Position numbers and translations under genes: made by a program
The notes under the pieces: model-generated
Database searches by the model: none
What the model was told of the DNA's origin: nothing
The model's input: the letters and a program-made list of their open reading frames with translations, nothing else
From: a virus
Taxonomy: Duplodnaviria; Caudoviricetes
DNA: 64,000 nucleotides
Direction: 5' to 3' (one strand)
Virus record (IMG/VR): IMGVR_UViG_3300013121_000020
Location: 32,001 to 96,000 of that record
Part shown: in pieces, positions 18,954 to 29,056 of the stretch
Layout: the number at the start of each line of letters is the position of its first letter
How positions within the stretch are numbered: the first letter of the stretch is position 1

Positions 18954-20042
18954 ATGTTAGGTCGTATTCATGGTTCTGTTGAACATTTCTACATTCCTCA
19001 TCTCATTTATTTGAATGAAAAAGTTAGGATCGAATCTAAACAACGCACTTCAACAAGATTATATGGTTTATATAAATTAGATTGGGAGTCAGTAGATTCG
19101 TTTAAGAAGAATTATTGGAAAAAGAAATTTCCAAAGAGTCTTGAAGATCAATTTGCTACACTTCCAGAACGATATGACAATATAATTAAAAAGATGTTGT
19201 TTGCTCTTCCTTACGACGCTAAAAGCGAAATCGAACATTTTACGCAGATATATTACACCGAACGACATCGAGTTCGACATTTCGATACTATGATTCGTGA
19301 TGTGTGTTTAGAAGTGTCGGAAGCTGCTATTGGCTGTGCTTTTAAGCTTTTAAGTGATTATATTTATGATAATAAGACGTGGTTCCGTGACAATCATGAG
19401 ATTGATAAACGTTTAGCTTGTCATCTTATGATGTATAAATTTTGGCGAGAAATTATTGGTCGTGGTTGTGTTTGGGAGTATGCTGAGATGGATAAATTAG
19501 AAAAACGAATTGATGTTTTTGAAAAGACGAAGCTTTACCGCGATGTTTTTGATAAAACAAAGATGTATCGTACATGCTTGAATGAAATTCGTCGGTGGGA
19601 AGAGGATCAAGAAAAATTTTATGATTTTGTGAATACTATATGCGATTTTGTGTGTGATACTATAGAGGTACGAGAAGAAAAGGTTGAAGTTAAATCGTGT
19701 GGTGTTCGACATGAGTTTGGCCATAGACCAGTTATATTAGAGACTGTTCGTCTTCATATCGTTTTTAATAATCAATCTATTGTTGATGTGAGTTTCGACC
19801 AAAATGGCAAGATTAATTGTCGTGATGAGGCGGTTCAAATTGTTATCAATGATAAATGGATTCAATCTATTAAGATAGATCAAACACGATCGATGATATC
19901 TAATCAACATATGGAACTGATTTTGTGTGGTGGTGAATTCCCAAATGGTGCTGTTGGAGTTGTCAATTATACAGCGATGCCGTCAATGATAGAGCCACAG
20001 CCTAAATTAATTAGTGAATGTGATGAGACCCATTCGCCGTAA
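18954..20042 (+). CDS. hypothetical protein
   Basis: GGAGG RBS; about 360 aa, helical N-terminal part and beta-rich C-terminal part. Confidence 0.7.
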   Translation: MLGRIHGSVEHFYIPHLIYLNEKVRIESKQRTSTRLYGLYKLDWESVDSFKKNYWKKKFPKSLEDQFATLPERYDNIIKKMLFALPYDAKSEIEHFTQIYYTERHRVRHFDTMIRDVCLEVSEAAIGCAFKLLSDYIYDNKTWFRDNHEIDKRLACHLMMYKFWREIIGRGCVWEYAEMDKLEKRIDVFEKTKLYRDVFDKTKMYRTCLNEIRRWEEDQEKFYDFVNTICDFVCDTIEVREEKVEVKSCGVRHEFGHRPVILETVRLHIVFNNQSIVDVSFDQNGKINCRDEAVQIVINDKWIQSIKIDQTRSMISNQHMELILCGGEFPNGAVGVVNYTAMPSMIEPQPKLISECDETHSP

Positions 20043-20231
20043 TTGTTCTAGTTGACCTTGATCCAGACGTTGTTTTTCTAGTGTCATTTGTGCGCCTGGT
20101 GCTATTGATACTTGAGACGCAGTTGACGCGGTAATTCCAGAATTAGCATTGGCGTCTGCTAATGCTATTTCATTAACGAGCACTGGTACAATCTGTCGTG
20201 AGATGTTTGTGATTGTTGTGAGCGCTGCCAT
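20007..20231 (-). CDS. small probable virion protein, paralog of pre-sheath gene 35785..36018
   Basis: GGAGG RBS and upstream CAAAACTA; shares I.N.S.Q..P...QV.I.PG....L.K..L...Q.E.L with 35785..36018. Confidence 0.7.
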   Translation of the reverse strand: MAALTTITNISRQIVPVLVNEIALADANANSGITASTASQVSIAPGAQMTLEKQRLDQGQLEQLRRMGLITFTN

Positions 20232-20273
20232 GGTATCCTCCATATTATACACTAGTTTTGACTGGATTATTGT

Positions 20274-21161
20274 ATGCCAGATTTTTCAATAGTGTCTGTT
20301 GTGTCACGACCTGAAGTTTTTGAAACATGTTTATTGAAGTCTATAAATGAGAATAGACGACACCACAATATTGAAATTATCCCAATAATGAATGAGGATA
20401 ATCGATATTCAGCTAGTAACGCACTTAATATTGGCTTAGATGTTGCTAGATCTAATATTGTCATATTTGTTCATCAAGATGTAAAACTTTTATATCGATG
20501 GTTTGACCAACTATCGTTATTGATTAAGGAAATACCCAATGATTGGAGTGTTATTGGACCAGCCGGGATAGCTTTGAAATATTCTAGAGCTGATATTGGT
20601 AAATGGGGTGGTGCATTAAATGTGAACACAGTCGCTGTTGGATCTGTTTGGGATACTGATGATAGTTTAGGTAATATACCATATTGGGATGGTATTAAAG
20701 AGCCAATTCCGATACATTGTGCCGATGAATGCGTGATTGTGTTGAATAAGAAGACTGGACTTCGTTTTGACTCTATGTTTACTGGATTTCATTTTTATGG
20801 TGTTGATTTATGCTTACAGGCTCGTGCTGCTGCTTATTCTGTCTATGGTGCTCATTTACCTATAATTCATTATGGTAAATATTCCGCTAGTTTTAGCGGT
20901 GATAAAAAATATTGGGTTTATCTTCGTTTTCTCTATAATAAGTGGCGTCTACGATTTCCAGAAGTTCTTGGTACCCATTTTCATTGGAATAGTGCAAAAA
21001 TTATGTCTGTGCGTGGTTTTGATGAAATTCCAGAATTGACTAGTTATATAAATGTTTCACTTGATAGTAATGACGGTTTAAAAATTTATTTAAAAGCGAT
21101 GGGAATTAATAAAGTGAAATTGAAAACCGATAAGCAACATGGATTATTGGAGATATCTTGA
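20274..21161 (+). CDS. GT-A glycosyltransferase-like protein
   Basis: FSIVSVV, ALNIG, FVHQDV, IG.AG, DEC, FD..F.GFHFYG.DLCLQA, IIH. Confidence 0.85.
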   Translation: MPDFSIVSVVSRPEVFETCLLKSINENRRHHNIEIIPIMNEDNRYSASNALNIGLDVARSNIVIFVHQDVKLLYRWFDQLSLLIKEIPNDWSVIGPAGIALKYSRADIGKWGGALNVNTVAVGSVWDTDDSLGNIPYWDGIKEPIPIHCADECVIVLNKKTGLRFDSMFTGFHFYGVDLCLQARAAAYSVYGAHLPIIHYGKYSASFSGDKKYWVYLRFLYNKWRLRFPEVLGTHFHWNSAKIMSVRGFDEIPELTSYINVSLDSNDGLKIYLKAMGINKVKLKTDKQHGLLEIS

Positions 21162-21973
21162 TACATTGTATTCAATTGTGTCACCCGCAATCGGTTGATT
21201 TATTGCCAAAATCTGTATTTGATCAAGAATATGCTAAATGTACTAGAATATCATGCGGCACGAGCAGTATGAATAATGTTGACATATCAGAGGTTGATTT
21301 CTTTCCAACTTATGCATCTTGGAATTCAGCGTTGTTTGAGACTAGTGTGATTTTAACTGTGTGGGAACATGCTGATGAATTGATCGGTGATAATGATGTT
21401 GCAATTATTCATTCTGATATTACTTTACATTTTCAAGTGTCGGAAACATGGCAAAAGATTTGTGGATGGTTGCGTGAAAATGAGAAACGTTCTGTTGGGT
21501 TAACTGCACCATCTTCGTTTGCGCATGCATGGGACGATTGGTTGATCCCAAATGAAGTTCAATTTATTCCAAAATTTGATCCATATAAATTACATTCTTT
21601 TGACTATGGAATTAAAGTTTGGGATTTTGTAAAACTTTATGATTATGATACTTATGTGTGGGCAATGGATGTACAACCACGTTTAATTTATTCACATCAA
21701 TTTGCATGCACTCGTAAAACATTTGATTATTTAGGTGGGAAATTGTATGAAGTCGCACATCGTTTACGATTGCGTGATGTTGGTTTTTGGACGCCTCATA
21801 TGTTTGAGAGGCTTATAGCGTTGTACTTGGCTAGATATGGTGGCGATCCAATTTTATCAACGTGCTTTTGGCATGTATCATCTAGTGGTGTATTTGGACC
21901 TGGAGAATTGAGCTTGTATGGTCCACGACCTAGAAAGTATTATAAATTGAGAACACGTTGGAATCAACAATAG
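21158..21973 (+). CDS. hypothetical protein, possibly GT-A-like
   Basis: TTG start with GGAG RBS, coupled to the GT gene; IIHSD and FERL motifs. Confidence 0.55.
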   Translation: MIHCIQLCHPQSVDLLPKSVFDQEYAKCTRISCGTSSMNNVDISEVDFFPTYASWNSALFETSVILTVWEHADELIGDNDVAIIHSDITLHFQVSETWQKICGWLRENEKRSVGLTAPSSFAHAWDDWLIPNEVQFIPKFDPYKLHSFDYGIKVWDFVKLYDYDTYVWAMDVQPRLIYSHQFACTRKTFDYLGGKLYEVAHRLRLRDVGFWTPHMFERLIALYLARYGGDPILSTCFWHVSSSGVFGPGELSLYGPRPRKYYKLRTRWNQQ

Positions 21974-21974
21974 A

Positions 21975-22283
21975 TTATGGTATGCAACCAACCATCAGTG
22001 CTAAAAATGCAGCTTCAACTTCTTCATAGAAGTTTTGGTCTATGTCGTCAATGCTTTTTATTCCGATATTTATATTAAGTGGTATTGTGATTGTGATTGT
22101 TTTTCGCACCCAATCAAATATGCATGGGTCTAGTCTAACATCACTACCCCATTTATCGTCGATGTCTTTGCCGTGTTTACGTTTAACAACGGCATATATA
22201 AATGCATCAAAATGTTCAATTTGTGGTGGGATAGCCTGAAGAAATGTGGTGGTCACCCTTCTGGTGACTTTAATTTCGTTCAT
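21975..22283 (-). CDS. hypothetical protein
   Basis: 102 aa ORF; GTACAT motif 5 nt before the ATG. Confidence 0.6.
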   Translation of the reverse strand: MNEIKVTRRVTTTFLQAIPPQIEHFDAFIYAVVKRKHGKDIDDKWGSDVRLDPCIFDWVRKTITITIPLNINIGIKSIDDIDQNFYEEVEAAFLALMVGCIP

Positions 22284-22328
22284 GCAATATGTACGGATGT
22301 GTAATCGATTTGGTTTTAGAGTGTTGAA

Positions 22329-22511
22329 GTGATGGATGAAAAATTGCCATTATATATTGATGACATTATTTTTGAAGCAGCACAAGAATCATTGAAATTG
22401 ATTAGTTCATGTTGTGATGTACGTGGAAAAACATGCAACAGTGATATATGGCAAGGCAATTTACGCCAATTCGTGGCGGTATTGTTGAAAAAATTGGAGG
22501 ATTCTAAATAA
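22329..22511 (+). CDS. hypothetical protein
   Basis: 60 aa ORF coupled (TAATG) to the next gene. Confidence 0.5.
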   Translation: MMDEKLPLYIDDIIFEAAQESLKLISSCCDVRGKTCNSDIWQGNLRQFVAVLLKKLEDSK

Positions 22512-22975
22512 TGTTTTATCCAAACGATGCTTTTATTGCATACCTTAATAGCGGCAATGTTTCTTATGAATATTTTGGTCCGGATGCAATTCCAATTGTT
22601 GTCGCTGACTTTGTTGTTAATGGCGTAAGTTTTGAAGCAATCTATCGTGATTCACACGACGTGTGGGAGATTTCTGATGTTGATGGTATGATAGCTGTTG
22701 CTGATCGTGGTCATAAATTTTATGAATACGCAGAACGTACTGTTGAGAAATTCAAGGATAAAATGCTTTCTGGTCCATCTGCGCAAGTTAGACGAGGGCG
22801 ATTAGTTAAAGCTATGACAAAAAGAATTATAAAGGATATGGACGAGGAGACTGTTAATAATATGCGATCATCGATTGACATGTTTCTTACACAATTTCGT
22901 TCTCTTAATCTGGCGTTTAAGCGTGATTTAAACATCGAAATACCACATGGAATTATATCGAAGTCATTTTCATAA
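22511..22975 (+). CDS. hypothetical protein, tandem paralog A
   Basis: Shares AIP.VVA.F.VN...F.A.Y.D..D.WEI and VAD..HKFYEYAERTV.K.KDK.LSGP with 22992..23465. Confidence 0.75.
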   Translation: MFYPNDAFIAYLNSGNVSYEYFGPDAIPIVVADFVVNGVSFEAIYRDSHDVWEISDVDGMIAVADRGHKFYEYAERTVEKFKDKMLSGPSAQVRRGRLVKAMTKRIIKDMDEETVNNMRSSIDMFLTQFRSLNLAFKRDLNIEIPHGIISKSFS

Positions 22976-22991
22976 ATTGTAGAGATATATT

Positions 22992-23465
22992 GTGATTATT
23001 TTTATTCCAGAAGATGCTTTTGCTGCTTCTTTTGACGAAAATGGGAACGTCAGGGTTGAATTTGCAAATCCAACCGCAATCCCAACTGTCGTAGCTGAGT
23101 TTATAGTAAATGATGAATATTTTAAAGCTGTTTATCATGATTTATACGACATATGGGAAATTTTCGGTAATTGCGATAAATGGATAGTTGCTGATCATAG
23201 TCATAAATTTTATGAATATGCAGAACGTACTGTTGGAAAATGCAAGGATAAACTTCTTTCGGGTCCATGTCCTAGGTCTATTCAGAATAGATTGACCAAT
23301 TTGATGGTTAAAGAAATGCTAATTGAAATTGATACAGATATCCTCACACAGTTTAGTGCTGTTCCTCGGAAATTGAAACCTAGATGGACAATAGATGATA
23401 GTAGTTTGATTGTTAAATCGCGTCTATTTAACACATCTGCATCGGATGCCACAGCAACGTATTGA
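22992..23465 (+). CDS. hypothetical protein, tandem paralog B
   Basis: See paralog A; 73/82 nt identity between 22697-22778 and 23187-23268. Confidence 0.75.
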   Translation: MIIFIPEDAFAASFDENGNVRVEFANPTAIPTVVAEFIVNDEYFKAVYHDLYDIWEIFGNCDKWIVADHSHKFYEYAERTVGKCKDKLLSGPCPRSIQNRLTNLMVKEMLIEIDTDILTQFSAVPRKLKPRWTIDDSSLIVKSRLFNTSASDATATY

Positions 23466-23489
23466 GAACAAATAACTTAAGGACCAACC

Positions 23490-25646
23490 ATGAAAGATGC
23501 CAAAACCATCCTAAACTACCTTCGTAAAAACATATCATTCAGCGATGCAGTACAATCGCTTTCTATCGGCGAAACCTGTCTTTTAATTGATAAAGCCGAT
23601 TCGCTTTATTATCGCCCAGGTTTGACGTCGCCACTTTCCGATGCAGAGTATGATACACTTCGTGAACATTTAAAAATGTTAAATCCAACTGATTTTAGAC
23701 TTACTCGTGTCGGTGCACCATATAACCCAGCAGAAATTAGCACCAAAGTCAAGCATTTAATTCCAATGGGATCGCTTGACAACACTGATGATGGTATTTT
23801 AGGTTATGAGCCGTGGGTTGAGTGGGTCAAGGATAAACTTCGCGGCTTCTTTACTGATTCGACATTTGATAATTTGGTAATATTTGCATCGCTTAAAGTT
23901 GATGGTGGCAGTATTTGTGCCACATATAAGAATGGCGTTTTGATGCGTGTTGCTACACGTGGAAATGGTGAGTATGGCGAAGATATCACCGCCAATGCCG
24001 CCAATTTTCAAGGTTTACCAACTGTTCTTTCTAAACCCATTGATGCTGAAATTCGCGGTGAAGCAGTTCTTTATAAGCAAGATTTTTTGACGATTTGCCA
24101 GGATATTCCAGAAGAGGAGCGTAGTAATCCACGTAACGTTGGTAATGGTATTTTGGGTCGGCATGACGGCAAGGATTCGGAGCATATCCGATTTCTTGCG
24201 TTTAATCTTTACCTTGGTGAATCGTCACTTAACTACAACACCGAGGAAGAAAAATTTGCTGTTTTGAAGGAATTAGGTTTTACGCCTATTCCACATAAAG
24301 TCTGTAACACAATGTCGGAATTTCAGACATTTTATAACAATATCGCGGATGGTCGTGATAAATTACCATTTGAAATTGATGGTATTGTAGTGGTTGTGAA
24401 TGATTTGAAGTTGCAATCGCCGTTTGTTAATAGTGACCCTAAAAGTGTTATGCGACCAAAGTATGCTCGTGCGGTGAAGTTTCCGCATAAATCTAACACC
24501 ACGATTCTTGAGGGGTTGGATATTACAGTTGGTCACACACGAGCTATTATTCCTACTGCGAAATTGAAATCGGTACGAGTTGGTGGTGTTAATGTTGACT
24601 CAGCATTGTTGAACAACTACGATGAAATTAAGAGACTTGATCTTGCGATTGGTGATGAAGTCGAAGTAATTTTAGCGGGTGATATAATTCCGAAGGTGAT
24701 CCGCAAAGTCAAGAGTGTAGCAGGAGCTAGAACACTCATCGCAGAACCAACAAACTGCCCAGCTTGTGGAACTGCTACTACACGACTTTGTCGCGGAAAA
24801 GCTGGGGCTGTCACATACTGTTCAAATGTTCGTTGTTCTGCCGCAGTTTTCGCTAAGTTGGATCATTGGATTGGCACTAGCAAAAAGGGGGTAGGTATCC
24901 TTGATATTGGCGATGTGATGATTAAGGCGTTATGGCAAAAGGGATTGCTAACTGATCCCGCTGATCTTTATACTTTGACTGTGGATAGTATCAAGGATGT
25001 GGTTTTGGAAAATGGTGGGAAAATTGGTCAATCGCGGGCTACCAAAATTATTGCTAATATAAATGCAAAACGCCATTTGCCATTGCACGTGTTTTTAGGA
25101 TCGTTGGGAATTGAACTTCTTGGTCGTCGAAGAGTTCAACTTATTCGTGATGCTGCCAATAATCAATTAGATACTTTAGATGATTGGTTGGATTTACAGA
25201 AATTACGAACAATTCAAGTCCCTGGTTTTGGTGATGTGATTAGAGACTCGGTTGTTGCTGGTATTGAGGAGAATTTACCACTTATAAAGAAATTTTTAAC
25301 AAACGGAGTAACTGTTGGTGCTCCAATAGCTGAATTGAATGCTGTTGGCGTGGTTGATAAAGGACAACCAGTAGAAGATAAATCAAAACCATTTGCTGGT
25401 TTGTCGTTTTGTTTCACCGGCACACGTTCAAATATTGATGATGTAGAACGTCTTGGTGGTACTATTAAGAGCGGTGTGTCCAAAGGGTTGTCAGTGTTAG
25501 TTCAACTGGATGCGCTTAGCACTAGTAATAAAACAAAGAAGGCTGATGAATATGGAACATTGATTGTTTCGCTTGATTATCTTCAACGTGCGATTCGCGG
25601 TGAGGTTGATCTTGTTGCTGATGTTCGACAGCGATCTATGAAATGA
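23490..25646 (+). CDS. ligA: NAD-dependent DNA ligase
   Basis: SDAEYD, HLIPMGSLDN, KVDG, TRGNG..GEDIT, EIRGE, NPRN, DGIVV, GDIIP, C4 zinc finger, HhH motifs, C-terminal BRCT (FCFTG..GG..GVSK). Confidence 0.97.
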   Translation: MKDAKTILNYLRKNISFSDAVQSLSIGETCLLIDKADSLYYRPGLTSPLSDAEYDTLREHLKMLNPTDFRLTRVGAPYNPAEISTKVKHLIPMGSLDNTDDGILGYEPWVEWVKDKLRGFFTDSTFDNLVIFASLKVDGGSICATYKNGVLMRVATRGNGEYGEDITANAANFQGLPTVLSKPIDAEIRGEAVLYKQDFLTICQDIPEEERSNPRNVGNGILGRHDGKDSEHIRFLAFNLYLGESSLNYNTEEEKFAVLKELGFTPIPHKVCNTMSEFQTFYNNIADGRDKLPFEIDGIVVVVNDLKLQSPFVNSDPKSVMRPKYARAVKFPHKSNTTILEGLDITVGHTRAIIPTAKLKSVRVGGVNVDSALLNNYDEIKRLDLAIGDEVEVILAGDIIPKVIRKVKSVAGARTLIAEPTNCPACGTATTRLCRGKAGAVTYCSNVRCSAAVFAKLDHWIGTSKKGVGILDIGDVMIKALWQKGLLTDPADLYTLTVDSIKDVVLENGGKIGQSRATKIIANINAKRHLPLHVFLGSLGIELLGRRRVQLIRDAANNQLDTLDDWLDLQKLRTIQVPGFGDVIRDSVVAGIEENLPLIKKFLTNGVTVGAPIAELNAVGVVDKGQPVEDKSKPFAGLSFCFTGTRSNIDDVERLGGTIKSGVSKGLSVLVQLDALSTSNKTKKADEYGTLIVSLDYLQRAIRGEVDLVADVRQRSMK

Positions 25647-26350
25647 TAATTCCGACTGAAATTGGCTTGAGAATATGTAATGATTCTGGAGATGAGCAAT
25701 TATGTACATTTGTTGCTCATCTCCCATTTTTAACAATTCCAAATATTGGTCACAAAATAATAATTAAACCAGATGAACAATTTGGCATTACTGTATGTAA
25801 TATATGTCATTTCGTTCCAACATCTGCTAGCGATGTCGCCAATTTATTAGTTATGACTATTCCGATTCAAATTAAAGAATATGATACAATGTTGAGGATT
25901 TTGGATTGGTTTAAGGCATTGTATAAAGTTGAGAATGTTTGTTCTAATGAACCAACAAGACTATATTACAGATTTTATAGAAATCTAATTGGTGTTCTTG
26001 GGCTGGCTCGTGATCCATGTCCTAAAATTGGTTATAATCCATCTGAAATAAAAGTGTTCGCAGAATCGTGTCGATCTGTTATACTTGCAGAGTTGCAATT
26101 AAGTGATGAGGAATTGGTTGTTACTATTCCAACGTATAATCGTGTTATTGAGGAATTACATAGGATGATACTAGAATATAAATATGATCATCCTGATGGT
26201 GTTAGCATGCTTGATATTGTTAAGAAATTTGAAAGTTTTATTAATCCTGGGCGAACTGTGCAGTGGAATGCATCAATACAAAAATGCATTTCATCTGCTC
26301 AATTTGTTTTTAAGAAACTAACGACCGTTGAACTTCCAAGAAATAATTAA
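25643..26350 (+). CDS. hypothetical protein
   Basis: 235 aa ORF coupled to ligA (ATGA). Confidence 0.65.
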   Translation: MIIPTEIGLRICNDSGDEQLCTFVAHLPFLTIPNIGHKIIIKPDEQFGITVCNICHFVPTSASDVANLLVMTIPIQIKEYDTMLRILDWFKALYKVENVCSNEPTRLYYRFYRNLIGVLGLARDPCPKIGYNPSEIKVFAESCRSVILAELQLSDEELVVTIPTYNRVIEELHRMILEYKYDHPDGVSMLDIVKKFESFINPGRTVQWNASIQKCISSAQFVFKKLTTVELPRNN

Positions 26351-26880
26351 AATCGTTGAATTGTTCTAATATCAGGAATATCTTGTTTAGCTGCTTTAGC
26401 AATTGCTGGGCCGCTTGCTGCGATTGTTTTTAACATATCTTTCAATTTGCTTTGTGTTATTTTACCAACATTTGATAATGTAGCAACATATCCTGCTGGT
26501 CCTAAAGCTAGTTTGTATTTGTCGCGAACCGCTTTGCTTTGTGCTAAGTTTTGTAATGGTGTTCCTTTTACATTTTTTGGTTCAATGTCGTAAATTGATG
26601 CTGCGACAACTGGAGAAGATAAGTTTTTGAGAGATTCCCATTTCTCTGCTCGTTTCATGGTCTCTTTGTCATTAGCAGCAATGGCTTGTTGAATTATTGA
26701 GTCAATTACCCAACGTGTGCGTTCCCATCCTCTAGCTGATGGTGATTTTAGAAATTCATCTATTGCCGAACGTTCATCATTATTTTCACTTATATCTTGT
26801 ATATATTGGATTAAATCGCCCATTGCGGTTGCGGCGTTTCTGATAACCGCTTTTGTTTCTGAGATCATGCAAATTCTCAT
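26347..26880 (-). CDS. hypothetical protein, possible internal head protein
   Basis: N-terminus MRICMISE resembles short I/L-x-E propeptides of T4-type head proteins. Confidence 0.55.
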   Translation of the reverse strand: MRICMISETKAVIRNAATAMGDLIQYIQDISENNDERSAIDEFLKSPSARGWERTRWVIDSIIQQAIAANDKETMKRAEKWESLKNLSSPVVAASIYDIEPKNVKGTPLQNLAQSKAVRDKYKLALGPAGYVATLSNVGKITQSKLKDMLKTIAASGPAIAKAAKQDIPDIRTIQRF

Positions 26881-26933
26881 ATTGTTATGTTTTTCTGGTT
26901 ATGTATATAACATACATTTTATGGGAGATAATA

Positions 26934-27920
26934 ATGAGTATGCAGAAAGTTGCGCTGTTGTCTGGAATTAATGGACAAGATGGTTCATATTTAGCAGAGT
27001 TTTTGCTGTCAAAAGGATATGAAGTGCATGGTATAGTACGTCGTTGTAGCAATCAGAATCTTGAACGATTAGAACCAATTATCAATTTGATTACATTACA
27101 TAGTGCTGATTTGATGGACCAAGGTTCATTACAACGAATTGTTAATAATATTCGTCCAGATGAAGTTTATAATTTAGCGGCGCAATCATTTGTGGCTGCG
27201 AGTTGGGAACAACCAGTCATAACATCTGAAATTACAGCGCTTGGTGCGACACGACTTTTAGAAGTTATTAAACATACTATATATGAACATGGTAAGAATA
27301 TTAAATTTTATCAAGCATCGTCGTCAGAGATGTTTGGTAAAGTTCAAGAAATTCCACAGACTGAACGAACTCCATTTTATCCACGAAGTCCTTATGGAGT
27401 TTCTAAAGTCTATGCACATTGGATTACTATTAATTATCGCGAAAGTTATAATATGTTCGCAACAAACGGAATTTTATTTAATCATGAATCACCACGTCGC
27501 GGAATGGAATTTGTTACTAGAAAAATTACAAATTCAGTTGCACGCATTAAATTGGGTTTACAGGATAAATTGTTTCTTGGTAATTTATCAGCGAAACGTG
27601 ATTGGGGGTTTGCTGGCGATTATGTTAGGGCTATGTGGTTGATGCTCCAACAAGATGAACCTGGAGATTATGTAATAGCGACTGGAGAAACTCACAGTGT
27701 GCAAGAATTTGTAGAGGCGGCGTTTGGATACGTTGATCTTGATTGGACTAAATATGTAGAAATTGATAATAAATTAATACGCCCGGCTGAGGTGAATATA
27801 TTGTGTGGGGATGCGTCATTGGCGAAGAAGAAACTTGGTTGGGTGCCAGAAGTTTCATTCCACGATCTTGTGAAAATGATGGTTAATGCAGATTTAGTTA
27901 TTGAATCTAACAATCGATAA
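26934..27920 (+). CDS. gmd: GDP-mannose 4,6-dehydratase
   Basis: [80 protein letters not shown]; GGAG RBS. Confidence 0.97.
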   Translation: MSMQKVALLSGINGQDGSYLAEFLLSKGYEVHGIVRRCSNQNLERLEPIINLITLHSADLMDQGSLQRIVNNIRPDEVYNLAAQSFVAASWEQPVITSEITALGATRLLEVIKHTIYEHGKNIKFYQASSSEMFGKVQEIPQTERTPFYPRSPYGVSKVYAHWITINYRESYNMFATNGILFNHESPRRGMEFVTRKITNSVARIKLGLQDKLFLGNLSAKRDWGFAGDYVRAMWLMLQQDEPGDYVIATGETHSVQEFVEAAFGYVDLDWTKYVEIDNKLIRPAEVNILCGDASLAKKKLGWVPEVSFHDLVKMMVNADLVIESNNR

Positions 27921-27993
27921 GTGGAGTCAAATTTATTTATGACGGCTTCATGCAAAATTAATCTAACTTTGTGATAACAAAATTTAGGAGGGT

Positions 27994-28395
27994 ATGATGG
28001 CCGCTCAACCAGCCAACACCGACATCAAGGTCTATCGTTCGTTACGCAGTTTTCGTCAAACACTCAGAAATGAGAGTGTGGCTGCTCTGATCAAGCGGTT
28101 ACGCCCGCTCGTTATGAGCGTTCCAGCTGAGGAAGATTTGGTGGGTGTCCTCACACGAGACACCTCCACAAAGGACTTTAGTCCATATATGGGCGAAGCT
28201 CGTCACGATGCTGGTCGTGGTTTCCCAATTGTTGTTGGTCTTAAAGCTCAGGTTAGCTTTGCAAATGCGCAAGCTAACTTACCAACCATTGATTTCGCAT
28301 TCCAGATTGGTCAAGACAAATTCTTGGCTAATACTGCAGCTGGTCTTACCGCTGATCTACATGATGATGCGAGAGATTTGGCTGCTGATCTATAA
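27994..28395 (+). CDS. hypothetical (probable virion) protein
   Basis: AGGAGG RBS, upstream CAAAATTA; first gene of the structural region. Confidence 0.65.
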   Translation: MMAAQPANTDIKVYRSLRSFRQTLRNESVAALIKRLRPLVMSVPAEEDLVGVLTRDTSTKDFSPYMGEARHDAGRGFPIVVGLKAQVSFANAQANLPTIDFAFQIGQDKFLANTAAGLTADLHDDARDLAADL

Positions 28396-28413
28396 TATCA
28401 GCAACTTGAAATT

Positions 28414-28450
28414 CATAGCAGGCCAGGGAGAGTCTCCCTGGCCTGCTATG
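28414..28450. repeat. 18-bp inverted repeat with 1-nt spacer (hairpin/terminator)
   Basis: CATAGCAGGCCAGGGAGA-G-TCTCCCTGGCCTGCTATG. Confidence 0.9.
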
Positions 28451-28502
28451 TAAACATGTTAATATCAAATATATAATGAAGATATCATAATGGAGTTAAC
28501 TG

Positions 28503-29045
28503 GTGCCAGCCACAGTTATTATTAACAGACGGACTGGCACAGGAACATTAACTGATATTACGAATATAAATACAGTTGCAAACGCTGATGATACACACCA
28601 AACAGTAGCACTTGGAAGTTCAAATCCAGTAATGATACCACAAACTGGTGTTCATTACAGTTTCTGGGTATCAACACGATTAAATTGTACTGTAGCACCA
28701 TCTGGTACAATTAACAATATTCGATGGTATATGGATAGCGGCAATTCGCTTGGTTCTGGAATCACATGTAAGGCGCAAGATGCAGCACATTATGTTCAAG
28801 CAACTGGGACAGTTGGTGTTACGGGAACACAATTAACAACAGACAATCATGACGGGTTAACTGGCGCACCAGTTAACGCTTTTTCATTTACATCTGGATC
28901 ACCAAAATCTGTTCCTGGGTCAATTAGTGGCCCAGCAACAGGGAATTTTGGTAATTTCATGGTTTATCAGTTTGAAGTTGATGCTAATGCTGTGCCGGGA
29001 GTGTCTGGTACTGAAACGATCACGTGGGTATATGATGAAACGTAA
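28503..29045 (+). CDS. probable virion structural protein (Gly/Thr-rich beta sandwich)
   Basis: GTG start with GGAG RBS and upstream CAAATATA; Thr/Gly-rich; ends ITWVYDET. Confidence 0.65.
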   Translation: MPATVIINRRTGTGTLTDITNINTVANADDTHQTVALGSSNPVMIPQTGVHYSFWVSTRLNCTVAPSGTINNIRWYMDSGNSLGSGITCKAQDAAHYVQATGTVGVTGTQLTTDNHDGLTGAPVNAFSFTSGSPKSVPGSISGPATGNFGNFMVYQFEVDANAVPGVSGTETITWVYDET

Positions 29046-29056
29046 TGGAGGATAAC

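Noticed and set aside
18954-20042. C-terminal beta region resembling a capsid/sheath insertion domain (HRPVI.ETV...VVNY)
   Set aside because: Resemblance is too weak to support without a profile search.
22697-23268. 82-nt near-repeat as a possible DGR template/variable repeat pair
   Set aside because: The 9 mismatches are not adenine-specific, both copies are in-frame parts of paralogs, and no reverse transcriptase is in the window.
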